A DNA stretch of 64,000 nt from Pseudomonadales bacterium. Its GTDB lineage: Bacteria > Pseudomonadota > Gammaproteobacteria > Pseudomonadales > Pseudohongiellaceae. Position numbers and translations under genes: made by a program. This document shows, piece after piece, positions 51,166-60,900 of this stretch. How positions within the stretch are numbered: the first letter of the stretch is position 1; each line of letters starts with the position of its first letter. The notes beneath the pieces are model-generated. The model worked only from the letters and a program-made list of their open reading frames with translations, did no database searches and was not told the origin of the DNA. Location of the stretch: NCBI GenBank assembly GCA_032250895.1, contig JAVVEZ010000001.1:31831-95830 (forward strand), given 5' to 3'.

Positions 51166-52356
51166 ATGGTGATGAAAAAGATACTGACAATAGTGCTTGC
51201 ACTGTGCATTGCGGATGGCGGAATCAGTGCCCGGGAAGATATCCCCACCCCTTTGCCGGATGGCACCAATGTCATTCTGTTCGGCATGGGCGAATACGAG
51301 AACCTGGGAGAGAGCATTTATATTGGTGCGGTTTATCTGGCGTTGCTGGATGTGAATATTCTGCCGGGTACTTCCAAACGCATGGAAATGAGAATCGTCA
51401 CCGATAATCTGTCCGCGCGCCGGTTCACCCAGCTATGGGTAGATGCGATAACCCTCAGTAGCAGCCGTGAGGAAAGAAATGCCCAGGCCGATCAGATACA
51501 GCAGTTTGGCCGGCTTTTCCAGGACAGTCTGGTTCGCGGTGACCGGGTAAGCTTCGATTATCTGGCATCACGTGAGCAGACAGTGGTATTGCTCGATGAG
51601 GTGCCGCTTGGTGAGATTCCCGGTGCGGATTTCTACCATATATTGCTCAATGCCTGGATTGGTGACATACCGTTGAGCGGGCAACTGAAGGCGGGCCTTC
51701 TGAAGCAGGTGACACCGGAAAAAACAAGCCATACCGAGGAGCTTTTTGCCGATCTTGTCTTTTCATCGGAGCGGCATCATGCGGTTATGAGTCGTTATTC
51801 CGTTGCGTCCGGACAGAAGCACTCAGCGCTGGGGCTCAAGTCCCTGGAAGACGATGGCAAGAAAGAAGCCGAACGACTGGCTGAAGAAGCGCGGCTGGCG
51901 GCACTCGAAGGGCAGCGGCAGAAAGAACTGGCGGAGCGGGCCAGGATTGCCGCAGCAGAGAAAGCCGCGCGCATTGAAGCGGAGCGTCTGGCCAGAATTG
52001 CTGAAGAAGAGAGACTGGCGCGAGAGAAGGCTGAAGAAGAGCGGGCACGCTTTGAAGAAGAACAGGAACAGCTGATTTTTGCCTATCGGGAAACCCTGGT
52101 GCGCTGGTTGAGCGAATATCTTGAGTACCCGCAACGGGCCGTTGACCGGGGTCAGACCGGCCGGGTTGAGCTGTCTGTCGTCAGCAATCGCAAGGGTGAA
52201 ATAATCGCTGAGAGTATCGTCAGCAGTTCAGGCAATTCCATGCTGGATCGGGCGGCACTGAGAATGCTGGAGCGTGGCAAACCCCTGCCTGAAATGCCGG
52301 AAGCGCTGGTCGGCGAAACCTTTACGTTCATTATGCCGGTAAATTTTTACTTGTAA
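51166..52356 (+). CDS. Secreted or anchored TonB_C-domain protein with an N-terminal globular domain (chalcone-isomerase-like?) and a TolA-like Glu/Arg/Ala-rich coiled coil
   Basis: ATG 51166/51172 (MVMKKILTIVLALCIADGGISA). Coil: EAERLAEEARLAALEGQRQKELAERARIAAAEKAARIEAERLARIAEEERLAREKAEEERARFEEEQ. TonB_C: YPQRAVDRGQTGRVELSVVSNRKGEII...RGKPLPEMP. Confidence 0.6.
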   Translation: MVMKKILTIVLALCIADGGISAREDIPTPLPDGTNVILFGMGEYENLGESIYIGAVYLALLDVNILPGTSKRMEMRIVTDNLSARRFTQLWVDAITLSSSREERNAQADQIQQFGRLFQDSLVRGDRVSFDYLASREQTVVLLDEVPLGEIPGADFYHILLNAWIGDIPLSGQLKAGLLKQVTPEKTSHTEELFADLVFSSERHHAVMSRYSVASGQKHSALGLKSLEDDGKKEAERLAEEARLAALEGQRQKELAERARIAAAEKAARIEAERLARIAEEERLAREKAEEERARFEEEQEQLIFAYRETLVRWLSEYLEYPQRAVDRGQTGRVELSVVSNRKGEIIAESIVSSSGNSMLDRAALRMLERGKPLPEMPEALVGETFTFIMPVNFYL

Positions 52357-52414
52357 TGTTGGCGAGTCAAGTTCGGACAATATTCACTTGCAGTAAATTT
52401 CCACAGGGAAAGGT

Positions 52415-54157
52415 GTGCAGGACACAGTAGCAATGGAAACGAAAATATCACCGATGAAGCTGTTGATACTGGATACGGCTGAAAATACGACAGAAGCATT
52501 CATCAGCCTGCTGAACAAACAAGGCATAGCCACTAGTTGTGAACGCATCAGTGACAGGAATAGTCTGTTCGAATCGCTGAATAGCCGACAGTGGGATATT
52601 TTGCTGTTGAATCAGGACGCTGAGGATGTTACGGCCTGCATAAACTTCATCAGAAAAAATGCAACGAATACGGCGGTAATCATGTTGACTCCAGATGCCT
52701 TTGATATTCAGCAGCTCACAGACGCTGCCCGCAAGGGGCTGGCTGGAATGGTCTCTCTGGAATGCAGGGACTACTCGATCAATACCATGGTGAAGGAATT
52801 CAGCATTGTCCGGGAAAGACGCAAACAGTTGCGACTCGAGCAGGAAACCCGGGAGTTGATGGCGCGTTGTCAGTTGCTGCTCAGCAGTTCGAGAGATGCC
52901 ATTGCCTATATACATGATGGTATGCATATCTATGCCAATGATTCCTATCTGAAGCTGTTTGGTTATAGTGATATGGATGATCTACTCAGCATCCCATTTA
53001 TCGACATGATTGAGCCAGGCGACAGACAGGAATTGAAAGTCGCATTGACGAATATCCAACGCAGAAAGCGGGAAAACGGCGCAGATGAGGAAAAAGTGCT
53101 GACAGCGACGGCGCTCGATGCCAGCCAGCAGGGCTTCCCGGCCCGGCTCGTACTGAAACCCACCTTGTATGAAGGGGAACGCTGCCTGCAGTTGCTGATC
53201 GCCAGGCAGCTGAAAAGCAGGCCTGTGCTTGCCAGGCCGGGGCAGGACATGGAAGGGGATACGGATACAGATGTGGTTGTCGGCGAAACGCCGGTCCTGC
53301 CTTCAGAGACGATCATTGCATCGCTGGACACAAACAAACGCAGGAAAAGGGATGTGGAAAGTCCTGTAGCCAAAACAGTTTTGACAAAAGAAGCTGTCAG
53401 TACGGCCCTGGCAGGCAAGCAAATCACGCTGGTCTATCAGCCGGTCATCTCTACCGCCGACATTGAACCGGAATTTTATGAGGTTGAGCTCAGAATTTAT
53501 GGTCAGAACAGGGAAACATACACGCTACAAGACTTCCCGGGGCCTATCAATGACACTGCCATTGGTCAGAAAACCGACCAGTGGGCCATTGCCCAGGCAC
53601 TGAAAGTAATGGCTGAACGCTACAAGCAGGGACAGGCTCTGCAGTTTCTGCTGACGCTTACGGCCCAGACTATCCGCGACCGGAATTTTTCCGGGTGGTT
53701 GTCAAGCGCAATGTCAGGCAGGCAGCTCGGCGGGCATGCGCTGATTCTGAATATGCGCGAGGCGGATGTACTTGCCAACAGGGAAGCGGGCAGGGCACTG
53801 ATCGGGAAGCTGCAAGAATTCGGTATCGAGGTGTGCATCAGCGATTACAGCCATGGTGAGGCGATAAGCAGTCTGCTGCATGGCTGTCGGACAGCTTTTG
53901 TGCGGCTGGCCGCTCCACTCAGCGAAAAAGCGATGCAGGATGGTGCCGGCCTGCTCAGTCTGCAGACCATCATTGACGTCCTGCACGCCGACAAAACCAA
54001 GGCCATAGCCCTTGATGTCGCCACTCCCGAGAAGCTGGGGACCCTGTGGAAAGCCGGCGTGGATCTGGTGCAGGGTAGTTATTTCCAGCATGAGGTGCAG
54101 GAACTCGATGCCAGCTCGTTCTCGGAACAGATCGACGTGCTGCGAAATGTAATTTAG
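52415..54157 (+). CDS. Degenerate REC - PAS - degenerate EAL protein (FimX-like, without a GGDEF domain)
   Basis: 580 aa. REC-like N-terminus with Asn at the phospho-acceptor position (WDILLLNQ). PAS block (RDAIAYIHDGMHIYANDSYLKLFGYS). EAL fold (LVYQPVIS...) with EVELR in place of EALLR, and SDYS in place of DDFG. Confidence 0.7.
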   Translation: MQDTVAMETKISPMKLLILDTAENTTEAFISLLNKQGIATSCERISDRNSLFESLNSRQWDILLLNQDAEDVTACINFIRKNATNTAVIMLTPDAFDIQQLTDAARKGLAGMVSLECRDYSINTMVKEFSIVRERRKQLRLEQETRELMARCQLLLSSSRDAIAYIHDGMHIYANDSYLKLFGYSDMDDLLSIPFIDMIEPGDRQELKVALTNIQRRKRENGADEEKVLTATALDASQQGFPARLVLKPTLYEGERCLQLLIARQLKSRPVLARPGQDMEGDTDTDVVVGETPVLPSETIIASLDTNKRRKRDVESPVAKTVLTKEAVSTALAGKQITLVYQPVISTADIEPEFYEVELRIYGQNRETYTLQDFPGPINDTAIGQKTDQWAIAQALKVMAERYKQGQALQFLLTLTAQTIRDRNFSGWLSSAMSGRQLGGHALILNMREADVLANREAGRALIGKLQEFGIEVCISDYSHGEAISSLLHGCRTAFVRLAAPLSEKAMQDGAGLLSLQTIIDVLHADKTKAIALDVATPEKLGTLWKAGVDLVQGSYFQHEVQELDASSFSEQIDVLRNVI

Positions 54158-54258
54158 CAGGCTGTTGAAAAACAGCCTGCCAGCCCGGGCCATGAATGGA
54201 CTTTTTCAACAAACTGTCAGGCACGAATCGTTGCCAATTGTCAGCAGGATGAACAGGT

Positions 54259-54672
54259 ATGGAAGAAACAGATATGAGTGAACTGAGAGTCATGGTGATA
54301 GATGACAGTAACACCATACGCAGAACCGCCGAAGCCTTGCTGAAGAAAACCGGTTGCACGGTAATCACGGCAGAGGATGGATTTGATGCACTGGCCAAGA
54401 TCGTCGCCACCAGGCCGGATATTATTTTTATTGATGTCATGATGCCGAGGCTCAATGGCTATGAGACCTGCTCGATTATCCGCAGCAACAAGACATTCGA
54501 GAATGTTCCGCTGGTACTGTTGTCAAGCAAGTCAAGTTTCTGCGACAAGGCCAGGGGAGCGGTGGTCGGTGCCAACAGCTATCTGACCAAGCCCTTCAGC
54601 AAGGATGAGCTGCTTGGTGCGATAAGCAAACACACCGGTAATGCTGACAATGTCATGGCAGTGAGCATCTGA
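54259..54672 (+). CDS. pilG: Twitching-motility CheY-like response regulator PilG
   Basis: 137 aa. Near-colinear with Pseudomonas PilG as I recall it (LRVMVIDDSNTIRRTAEALLKKTGC.VITAEDGFDALAKI...MMPRLNGYETC...YLTKPFSKDELLGAI). Confidence 0.92.
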   Translation: MEETDMSELRVMVIDDSNTIRRTAEALLKKTGCTVITAEDGFDALAKIVATRPDIIFIDVMMPRLNGYETCSIIRSNKTFENVPLVLLSSKSSFCDKARGAVVGANSYLTKPFSKDELLGAISKHTGNADNVMAVSI

Positions 54673-54723
54673 CCCGCTGTGCTCATGAAGGCCAGTGGGG
54701 CGGACAATAAAAAAGAGGCAGAT

Positions 54724-55092
54724 ATGAAAAAACTGAAAGTGCTGATCGTGGATGATTCGGCAGAAGACACCAGAAAAGCCGCATTGCTACTGAAAAATGC
54801 CGGTCATGCGGTGATCGTTGCCAGCAATGGCATGGAAGGTGTGGCGATGGCAAAACAGCAGTTGCCGGATCTGATTCTGATGGACATCGTCATGCCCGGC
54901 CTGAACGGTTTTCAGGCCACCCGGCAACTGAGCCATGATGAGGTCACGAGAAACATTCCGGTGATAGTGGTCAGCGGCAAGGATCAGGAAACAGACAAGG
55001 TGTGGGCAATGCGACAGGGCGCAAAGGCCTATTTGACCAAAACCATCGAGAAAAAAATCTTGCTTGATACCATTGGAGATCTCATGTCATGA
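54724..55092 (+). CDS. pilH: CheY-like response regulator PilH
   Basis: ATG 54724 (MKKLKVLIVDDS...) within ORF 54679-55092. Has LMDIVMPGLNGFQATRQL, KDQETDKVWAMRQGAKAYLTKT. Confidence 0.9.
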   Translation: MKKLKVLIVDDSAEDTRKAALLLKNAGHAVIVASNGMEGVAMAKQQLPDLILMDIVMPGLNGFQATRQLSHDEVTRNIPVIVVSGKDQETDKVWAMRQGAKAYLTKTIEKKILLDTIGDLMS

Positions 55093-55673
55093 GCGCCATA
55101 TCCGGGATAAGCAACAATGCCTTTGAACAATTGTGGAATCTGGAGGAACGGGTTCGTCTCAGTAGCGCCTCATTGCCGAAGACAGTCGATACCCGCGAAC
55201 AGTGGTCAGGAGTGATGTGTCATATCGCCGGCAAAGATTTTATTGTGCCCTTGTCTGCCATCTCTGAAATTCTGGAACAGAAAGCTGTAACTTTTGTCCC
55301 TGCTTGCGCTGACTGGTTAAAGGGTTTGCTGAATCTGCGTGGGCGTTTATTGCCGATATTCGATGTCAGTGAATTCCTCGGGACTGATGACGGCAAAAGC
55401 AGTTCGTATCAGGTGATGGTTGTTGAGAAGGACAGCGTTTTTTGTGGCATTGCAGTAGAAAGGATAGATGGCATGCAGAAGTTCTATCAGGATGATTTCA
55501 ATGCACTGGATTCATGCCATGAAGCCGAGGTCGGGCCGGTCAGAGAGTTTGTCAGCCTGGTGACAGAAATGGAAGAAAAAATCTGGTATCAGCTGGATAT
55601 ATTCAGACTGGCATCACGCATCAGTCAGACCAGTCCAGCTTCTGTTGCAGACAACACAGACGTGGCAGCCTGA
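55089..55673 (+). CDS. pilI: CheW-like coupling protein PilI
   Basis: 194 aa. ATGA overlap with pilH. CheW fold blocks (FIVPLSAISEILE, LLNLRGRLLPIFDV). Confidence 0.85.
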   Translation: MSAISGISNNAFEQLWNLEERVRLSSASLPKTVDTREQWSGVMCHIAGKDFIVPLSAISEILEQKAVTFVPACADWLKGLLNLRGRLLPIFDVSEFLGTDDGKSSSYQVMVVEKDSVFCGIAVERIDGMQKFYQDDFNALDSCHEAEVGPVREFVSLVTEMEEKIWYQLDIFRLASRISQTSPASVADNTDVAA

Positions 55674-55741
55674 GTCCTGATTGTTCAAGGGCGCCTGATC
55701 GACAGCGCAACGAATAAATGTAGCGAATAAAGGAAACGACA

Positions 55742-57949
55742 ATGAATACCAAAAGAGATAAAAAGATGGCCAAGCTGAGCAAGCCAAGAACCCGTATTTT
55801 GATGACCCTGTTCGTTGTAGCATTGGCCTTGCTGGTGATAAATCTGGTGTTCGTCAATATTCACTCGGGTGAAGACCAGATCTATATTCAGCGCACTGCG
55901 GACTTGCGGGTGCTGTCGCAGGAGATTCCGCAGCGCGCCGCTGAGGCCATTGCCGGCTCTGATGAAGCCTTCGACCAGTTGTCCCGGGCCAGGAGCGATT
56001 TTGACGCTGCCTGGAATCTGATCATTGACGGTCGGAAGGCCTATGTCGACTCGGGTATCGGGCTGAAAACAAATCTGCCTGGTCGTGGCAACATCATCAC
56101 TCTGCGCCAGCCCGATGCCCAGAATCTGTGGACCCGGATAAGCGGCAACGCAGAACTGGTTCTGGCCAATCGCGAAGGCATTGAAAGTCTGAACGCCATT
56201 ATTACCACGGCTGCTGCCAACATTCCGCAAATGCAGCGCAGCTATGATGAGGTGGTGAATACCTTGTTGGATAACAACGAGTCGCTGGCCACTATCGCCG
56301 TTGCTCAACGCCAGACCTGGCTGTCGGAACGCATTGCGCTGAACCTGAACCGCATTGCTGCAGGTGATGAGCAGGCGCAAGCGGCAGTGGAACAGTTGCA
56401 GCGTGATATCAGTCTGTTCTCGAGCAACCACGAAGCCTTGCTGGAAGGGGATGTTTCAATCGGTATCAACCGGGTCGCGGATAGCGTTGCCCGCGCTGCT
56501 CTGGACAATATTTCCGAGCTGTTCTCGGCGCTTGAAGCCCGGTCCATTGACATTATCGCGGCTGCACCGCAGATATTCAAAGCCACACAGGCCGTGGATG
56601 CCATCGTTAGGGATGCAGAATTATTGCAGGTGGACGTCACAGAACTGTACCAGTTCTTTACTGAAACCAGGGGTCAGCATCTGGCTTCGCCAGTGCTGGC
56701 TTACGGTCTGCTGCTCGGCATCCTGTTCTTGATGGTCCTGTACGGTATCGAAGTGATCAGACAGTCACGTCTGGCGGAAAGAATGGCCGGCACAGAGAAC
56801 CAGAAGAAAAACAACGCGGTGATGAACCTGCTGGAGGAAATTTCCGATCTGGCGGAAGGTGATCTGAGCGTTGAGGCCACGGTCAGTGAAGATTTTACCG
56901 GTGCGATTGCCGACTCCATCAACTACGCCGTGGGTCAGTTGCGGGAACTGGTGTCGGCAATTATCGAGGTATCTGTGCAGGTCAGCGAATCCACCCGTTC
57001 CTCCGAACGTACTGCCAGGCACTTGTCGGATGCATCTGAGCGGCAGACCAGCAATATCAGCTCGGTGTCCGAATCCATCCGCGAAATGGAACAGAACATC
57101 AACCGTGTATCGGCCAACGCGATCCGATCACTGGATGTGGCACGCAATTCGGTCGATATTGCCTCAGGGGGTGCCGAGGTGGTGAAAAATACCATCCAGG
57201 GCATGGATATCATTCGTGGGCAGATCCAGGAAACCGCCAAACGCATCAAAAGACTGGGGGAAAGCTCGCAGGAAATTGGTGGATTCGTGTCGCTGATCAA
57301 TGACATTGCCGACCATACCAACACGCTGTCACTGAATGCCGCCATTCAGGCCGCGATGGCGGGCGAGGCCGGCAAGGGTTTTGGTGTGGTTGCCGACGAG
57401 GTGCACGCGCTGGCGGAGCGTTCAAGGGATGCCACCCGTCAGATCGAAAGTCTGGTGAAGGTGATTCAGCGCGATATCACCGAGGCGGTATCCTCGATGG
57501 AACAAACCACCACCGAGGTGGTGCAGGGTACCCATCTTGCCCAGGGTGCCGGCTCTGCTCTGGATGACATCGAGAAAGTATCCAGGGAGCTCGCCGCCCT
57601 GGTCGAGGAAATTACCGATGCAGCCCAGAGTCAATCCAGGACCGCGTCTGAAATTACCGGATCAATGGAAATCATTCAGCAGATCACCACCGAAACCTCA
57701 TCCGGTACCAAGGCTACCAGCGAGTTTATCTTCAACCTCGGCAAGCTTACCGACAGATTGCACAATGCCGTTGCCGGCTTCAGTCTGTCCCCAAAAAACA
57801 GTGAATCAGCGCTGCCTGCCCAGGATGGTGCGGCAGCCGGCAGTACGGATGACGAAGACAGGATGGCGGCTGATGTGGATGTGGTGGTGGCTTATCCGCA
57901 ACAGGACAAAGAGCGCAATTTCAAGGTGAGAGGGATGGCTACAGCCTGA
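55742..57949 (+). CDS. pilJ: Methyl-accepting chemotaxis protein PilJ
   Basis: 735 aa. PilJ-type periplasmic N-terminal domain, HAMP domain and the MCP signalling hairpin (TNTLSLNAAIQAAMAGEAGKGFGVVADEVHALAERS). Confidence 0.92.
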   Translation: MNTKRDKKMAKLSKPRTRILMTLFVVALALLVINLVFVNIHSGEDQIYIQRTADLRVLSQEIPQRAAEAIAGSDEAFDQLSRARSDFDAAWNLIIDGRKAYVDSGIGLKTNLPGRGNIITLRQPDAQNLWTRISGNAELVLANREGIESLNAIITTAAANIPQMQRSYDEVVNTLLDNNESLATIAVAQRQTWLSERIALNLNRIAAGDEQAQAAVEQLQRDISLFSSNHEALLEGDVSIGINRVADSVARAALDNISELFSALEARSIDIIAAAPQIFKATQAVDAIVRDAELLQVDVTELYQFFTETRGQHLASPVLAYGLLLGILFLMVLYGIEVIRQSRLAERMAGTENQKKNNAVMNLLEEISDLAEGDLSVEATVSEDFTGAIADSINYAVGQLRELVSAIIEVSVQVSESTRSSERTARHLSDASERQTSNISSVSESIREMEQNINRVSANAIRSLDVARNSVDIASGGAEVVKNTIQGMDIIRGQIQETAKRIKRLGESSQEIGGFVSLINDIADHTNTLSLNAAIQAAMAGEAGKGFGVVADEVHALAERSRDATRQIESLVKVIQRDITEAVSSMEQTTTEVVQGTHLAQGAGSALDDIEKVSRELAALVEEITDAAQSQSRTASEITGSMEIIQQITTETSSGTKATSEFIFNLGKLTDRLHNAVAGFSLSPKNSESALPAQDGAAAGSTDDEDRMAADVDVVVAYPQQDKERNFKVRGMATA

Positions 57950-60900
57950 TGGAGACCCGTGTGAAGCCATGGCAAAATTTTTATGCCTTCAGTAAGGTAA
58001 AAACCTGCATTGAACACCTTGTGCAGGAAGTGGCAATGACATTTGAAGCCTGTCTGGAGGAAGAACAGGCGGCGCTGATGTCGCCACAGCAGTTCTCACT
58101 GTGCAGCGCCAGGCTCGAACAGATTGCCGGTGTTCTGCGGGTAATGGAATATCAGGAACTGGCCTTGCTGGTGGATGAAATGCTTGGCTTGCTGAAGGAC
58201 TCAGCCAACGCGGCGATGCAGGCAGAACCCGCACGGCTTGTTGAAAGCCGGCAGTTGGTTTTTGTGGCGGCCACGGACTTTCCGGCAATTCTGGAAGGTG
58301 TGTTGTCGGGCCAGATTCAACACTGGTATGAATACAATCAGTTGTTCAATCGGATCCGCAAGGCCAGGAACATGAGCCTGGTGTTCAGCAGTCAGACCTT
58401 GTTGACCAAGCCGCACATCCCGTTCAAGGATAGGTTTGCGACACATCCGCAGCAAATGACGCGGCTGCTGGACCAGCATGTTGCTCATTACAACGAGGCC
58501 AAAACACAGATTCTGCAGAACCGGGATATCCGTCAGGGCATCAATGCCTTCCAGAATATCTTTACCAATCTGGAAGTCATGGGTCGGGATTTTCGACTGT
58601 CCACGTTGTGGGGCTTGTGTGCCACTCTGGCCGAGTCATTGTCAGAAGAACAGATGCGGCACGAGCATCCAGTGCTGAAATTGTTGTGCTCTTTCTCAAC
58701 TGTCATGCAGCGAGTCAGGGATAATGGCGCCAGGGCTCTGAATCAGAATATTCCTGAAGATATTCTGGAGAAAGTGCTGGATGCGCTGACAATGCCCTTG
58801 CATGAAACCAGCCGCTTGCTGGCAGTCAAGTGCTGGTTCAATCTGGACCTGGAACTGGCCAGGGCGCAGCGCCTCAAACAGCAGGACCTGCTGGTCAGTT
58901 TTTCCCGCAAGGATGCCTTCACCAAAACCATCCGTTTGTTGACAGAACGTATAAGCCAGTTGTCTGAACGGATCAACGGGGAGATTGCCGGCACGGATTT
59001 TTCACCGGGGCAGATTGAAGACTGTATTCAGGCACTTGAATCCATTCAGGCATCGATTCGTGTACTGGGCATCATGTCACCGGTGGAACTGATTGAGCAG
59101 TGCCTTGCCTGCGCACCCCGGCAGGCCAAGGTTTCAGACTCACTGTCACGGCAAAGCATTGTGGACTTTCTCAATCAATGCGCACAGATACTCTATCAGT
59201 GCGAACTGAGCCTGCTGAGTCATGCGGAAGAACTGGAAAGAGCCGTCTTTGTTTCCAGGGCCGGAAAGGACGCGGGTATGGCCTTCACCGGCGTCAAACT
59301 GAGCGTTGTACTCGAAGCCATCAAGAATCTTGAACAGGTCGTGATTGCGATCAACAATTATGTGGATGCAGACTACGATGGCAGCAAGCTGTCAGATGCC
59401 ATCAGACAACTCGAGGGTGCGCGTGTGGCGCTGATGGCGGTGCCGCTTGAGAAAGCGGTTGCCTATTGTGCCGGTGCCAGGGAGTTCGTCGAGCATCTTT
59501 TGCCGCATCAGGGGCTTGCAGTCAGGGAACGGGGCGCGGACGCGTCCTTTCATGCCTTTGCCCATTTGATCATCAATACCATTTTATACCTGGAACAGGT
59601 CAGTATCGGCAGAGCCGAAAAATTTGAACGCATCGTGCAGGAGTCCGACAAACTGCTGGAAAGCGTGCAGTCCGCGCTTGCGAATGAACCTGAGCGGCAG
59701 GCAGCGGCGATGGCTGAGGCCGGCAATGTCACTGCCGGATTCTCTGAAGAAGGCCCTGAACAGGATTCTTCTGATGACACAGGGCCTGTCAGTCAGCCTG
59801 AGCCGGACACCACTGTGCTCGAGGGGGATGAAGACATTCAGGCCATCTTTATTGAGGAAGCTGAAGAAATATTGCCCCAGATTCATGACAGCCATGACTT
59901 GCTGTGTCAAAACCTGCATGACGCCGAAGCTCTGGCCGATCTGCGCCGCAGTTATCATACCTTGAAGGGCAGTGGCCGGATGGTTGGTGCGGAGGCCCTT
60001 GCAGCACTGGCCTGGAGTGTCGAGAATCTGCTGAATCATGTGATCGGTGGCGCCGTGGTTCTTGATAACACAGTGCTGGGCGCCCTGCGGCAGGTGCAGG
60101 AGAAACTGCCGTTTCTGGTTGACGGATTCCGGAACAATGAACATGCTGCCGTCGTGGCCGACAGTGTTGCGGCTGAGGTCGCCTGGATGGACAGTTTTGT
60201 GACGGCGAATTCAGTGGCCGAGGCCCCGACAGGGGTGCTTGCAGAAACAGCAGGCACGGCCAGGGAAAAGCCGGCGCTGTACATTGTGACAAAGCAGCAG
60301 GACACAGCCATTGATACGCCGGTGCATGAAAGCGGCGACCTTGAACGGGCGGCTGCGGAAGATGATGTGGCATCGGAGTCTGCCAGCAAGGCCGACGGCG
60401 AGAGTTTGTCCGAGGTGTTTGCCATTGAAACTCAACGGCAGATAGGGCGCATCCGCCAATATCTGGATGATGACCTTGCTGCCGATGCAGAAGAACAGGC
60501 CATCACCACCAGCAGTTATCTTATTCCTGTACACACCTTGTATGGCAATTGCACAGTAGCGGAACTACAGCAATTCGGACATGTCGTGGGTCAGTTGGAG
60601 AGGCTGTTGCAGGACCATCCCTACCGTAAGGTCAACAATAGCCTGAAAATCCTGCTGAGTGAATTTTGTGAAATTTCGGCCCGGGTCACCCATGACATCA
60701 CAGGCACCACTGCCGTGGCATTGACGGATGCACTGCGCCAGGAGCTGGATGAGTTTCTGTCGTCGCTGGCGAGGGTCAGGGATGAATTGTCGGGACATGA
60801 GCCGCCCGATGCCTATGCTGTGGAGATTGATGCAATTGTCTCGACCATGAGCACAGACGCGGATTCCGATAATCATTATGCAGATGCTGACGACTCCCTG

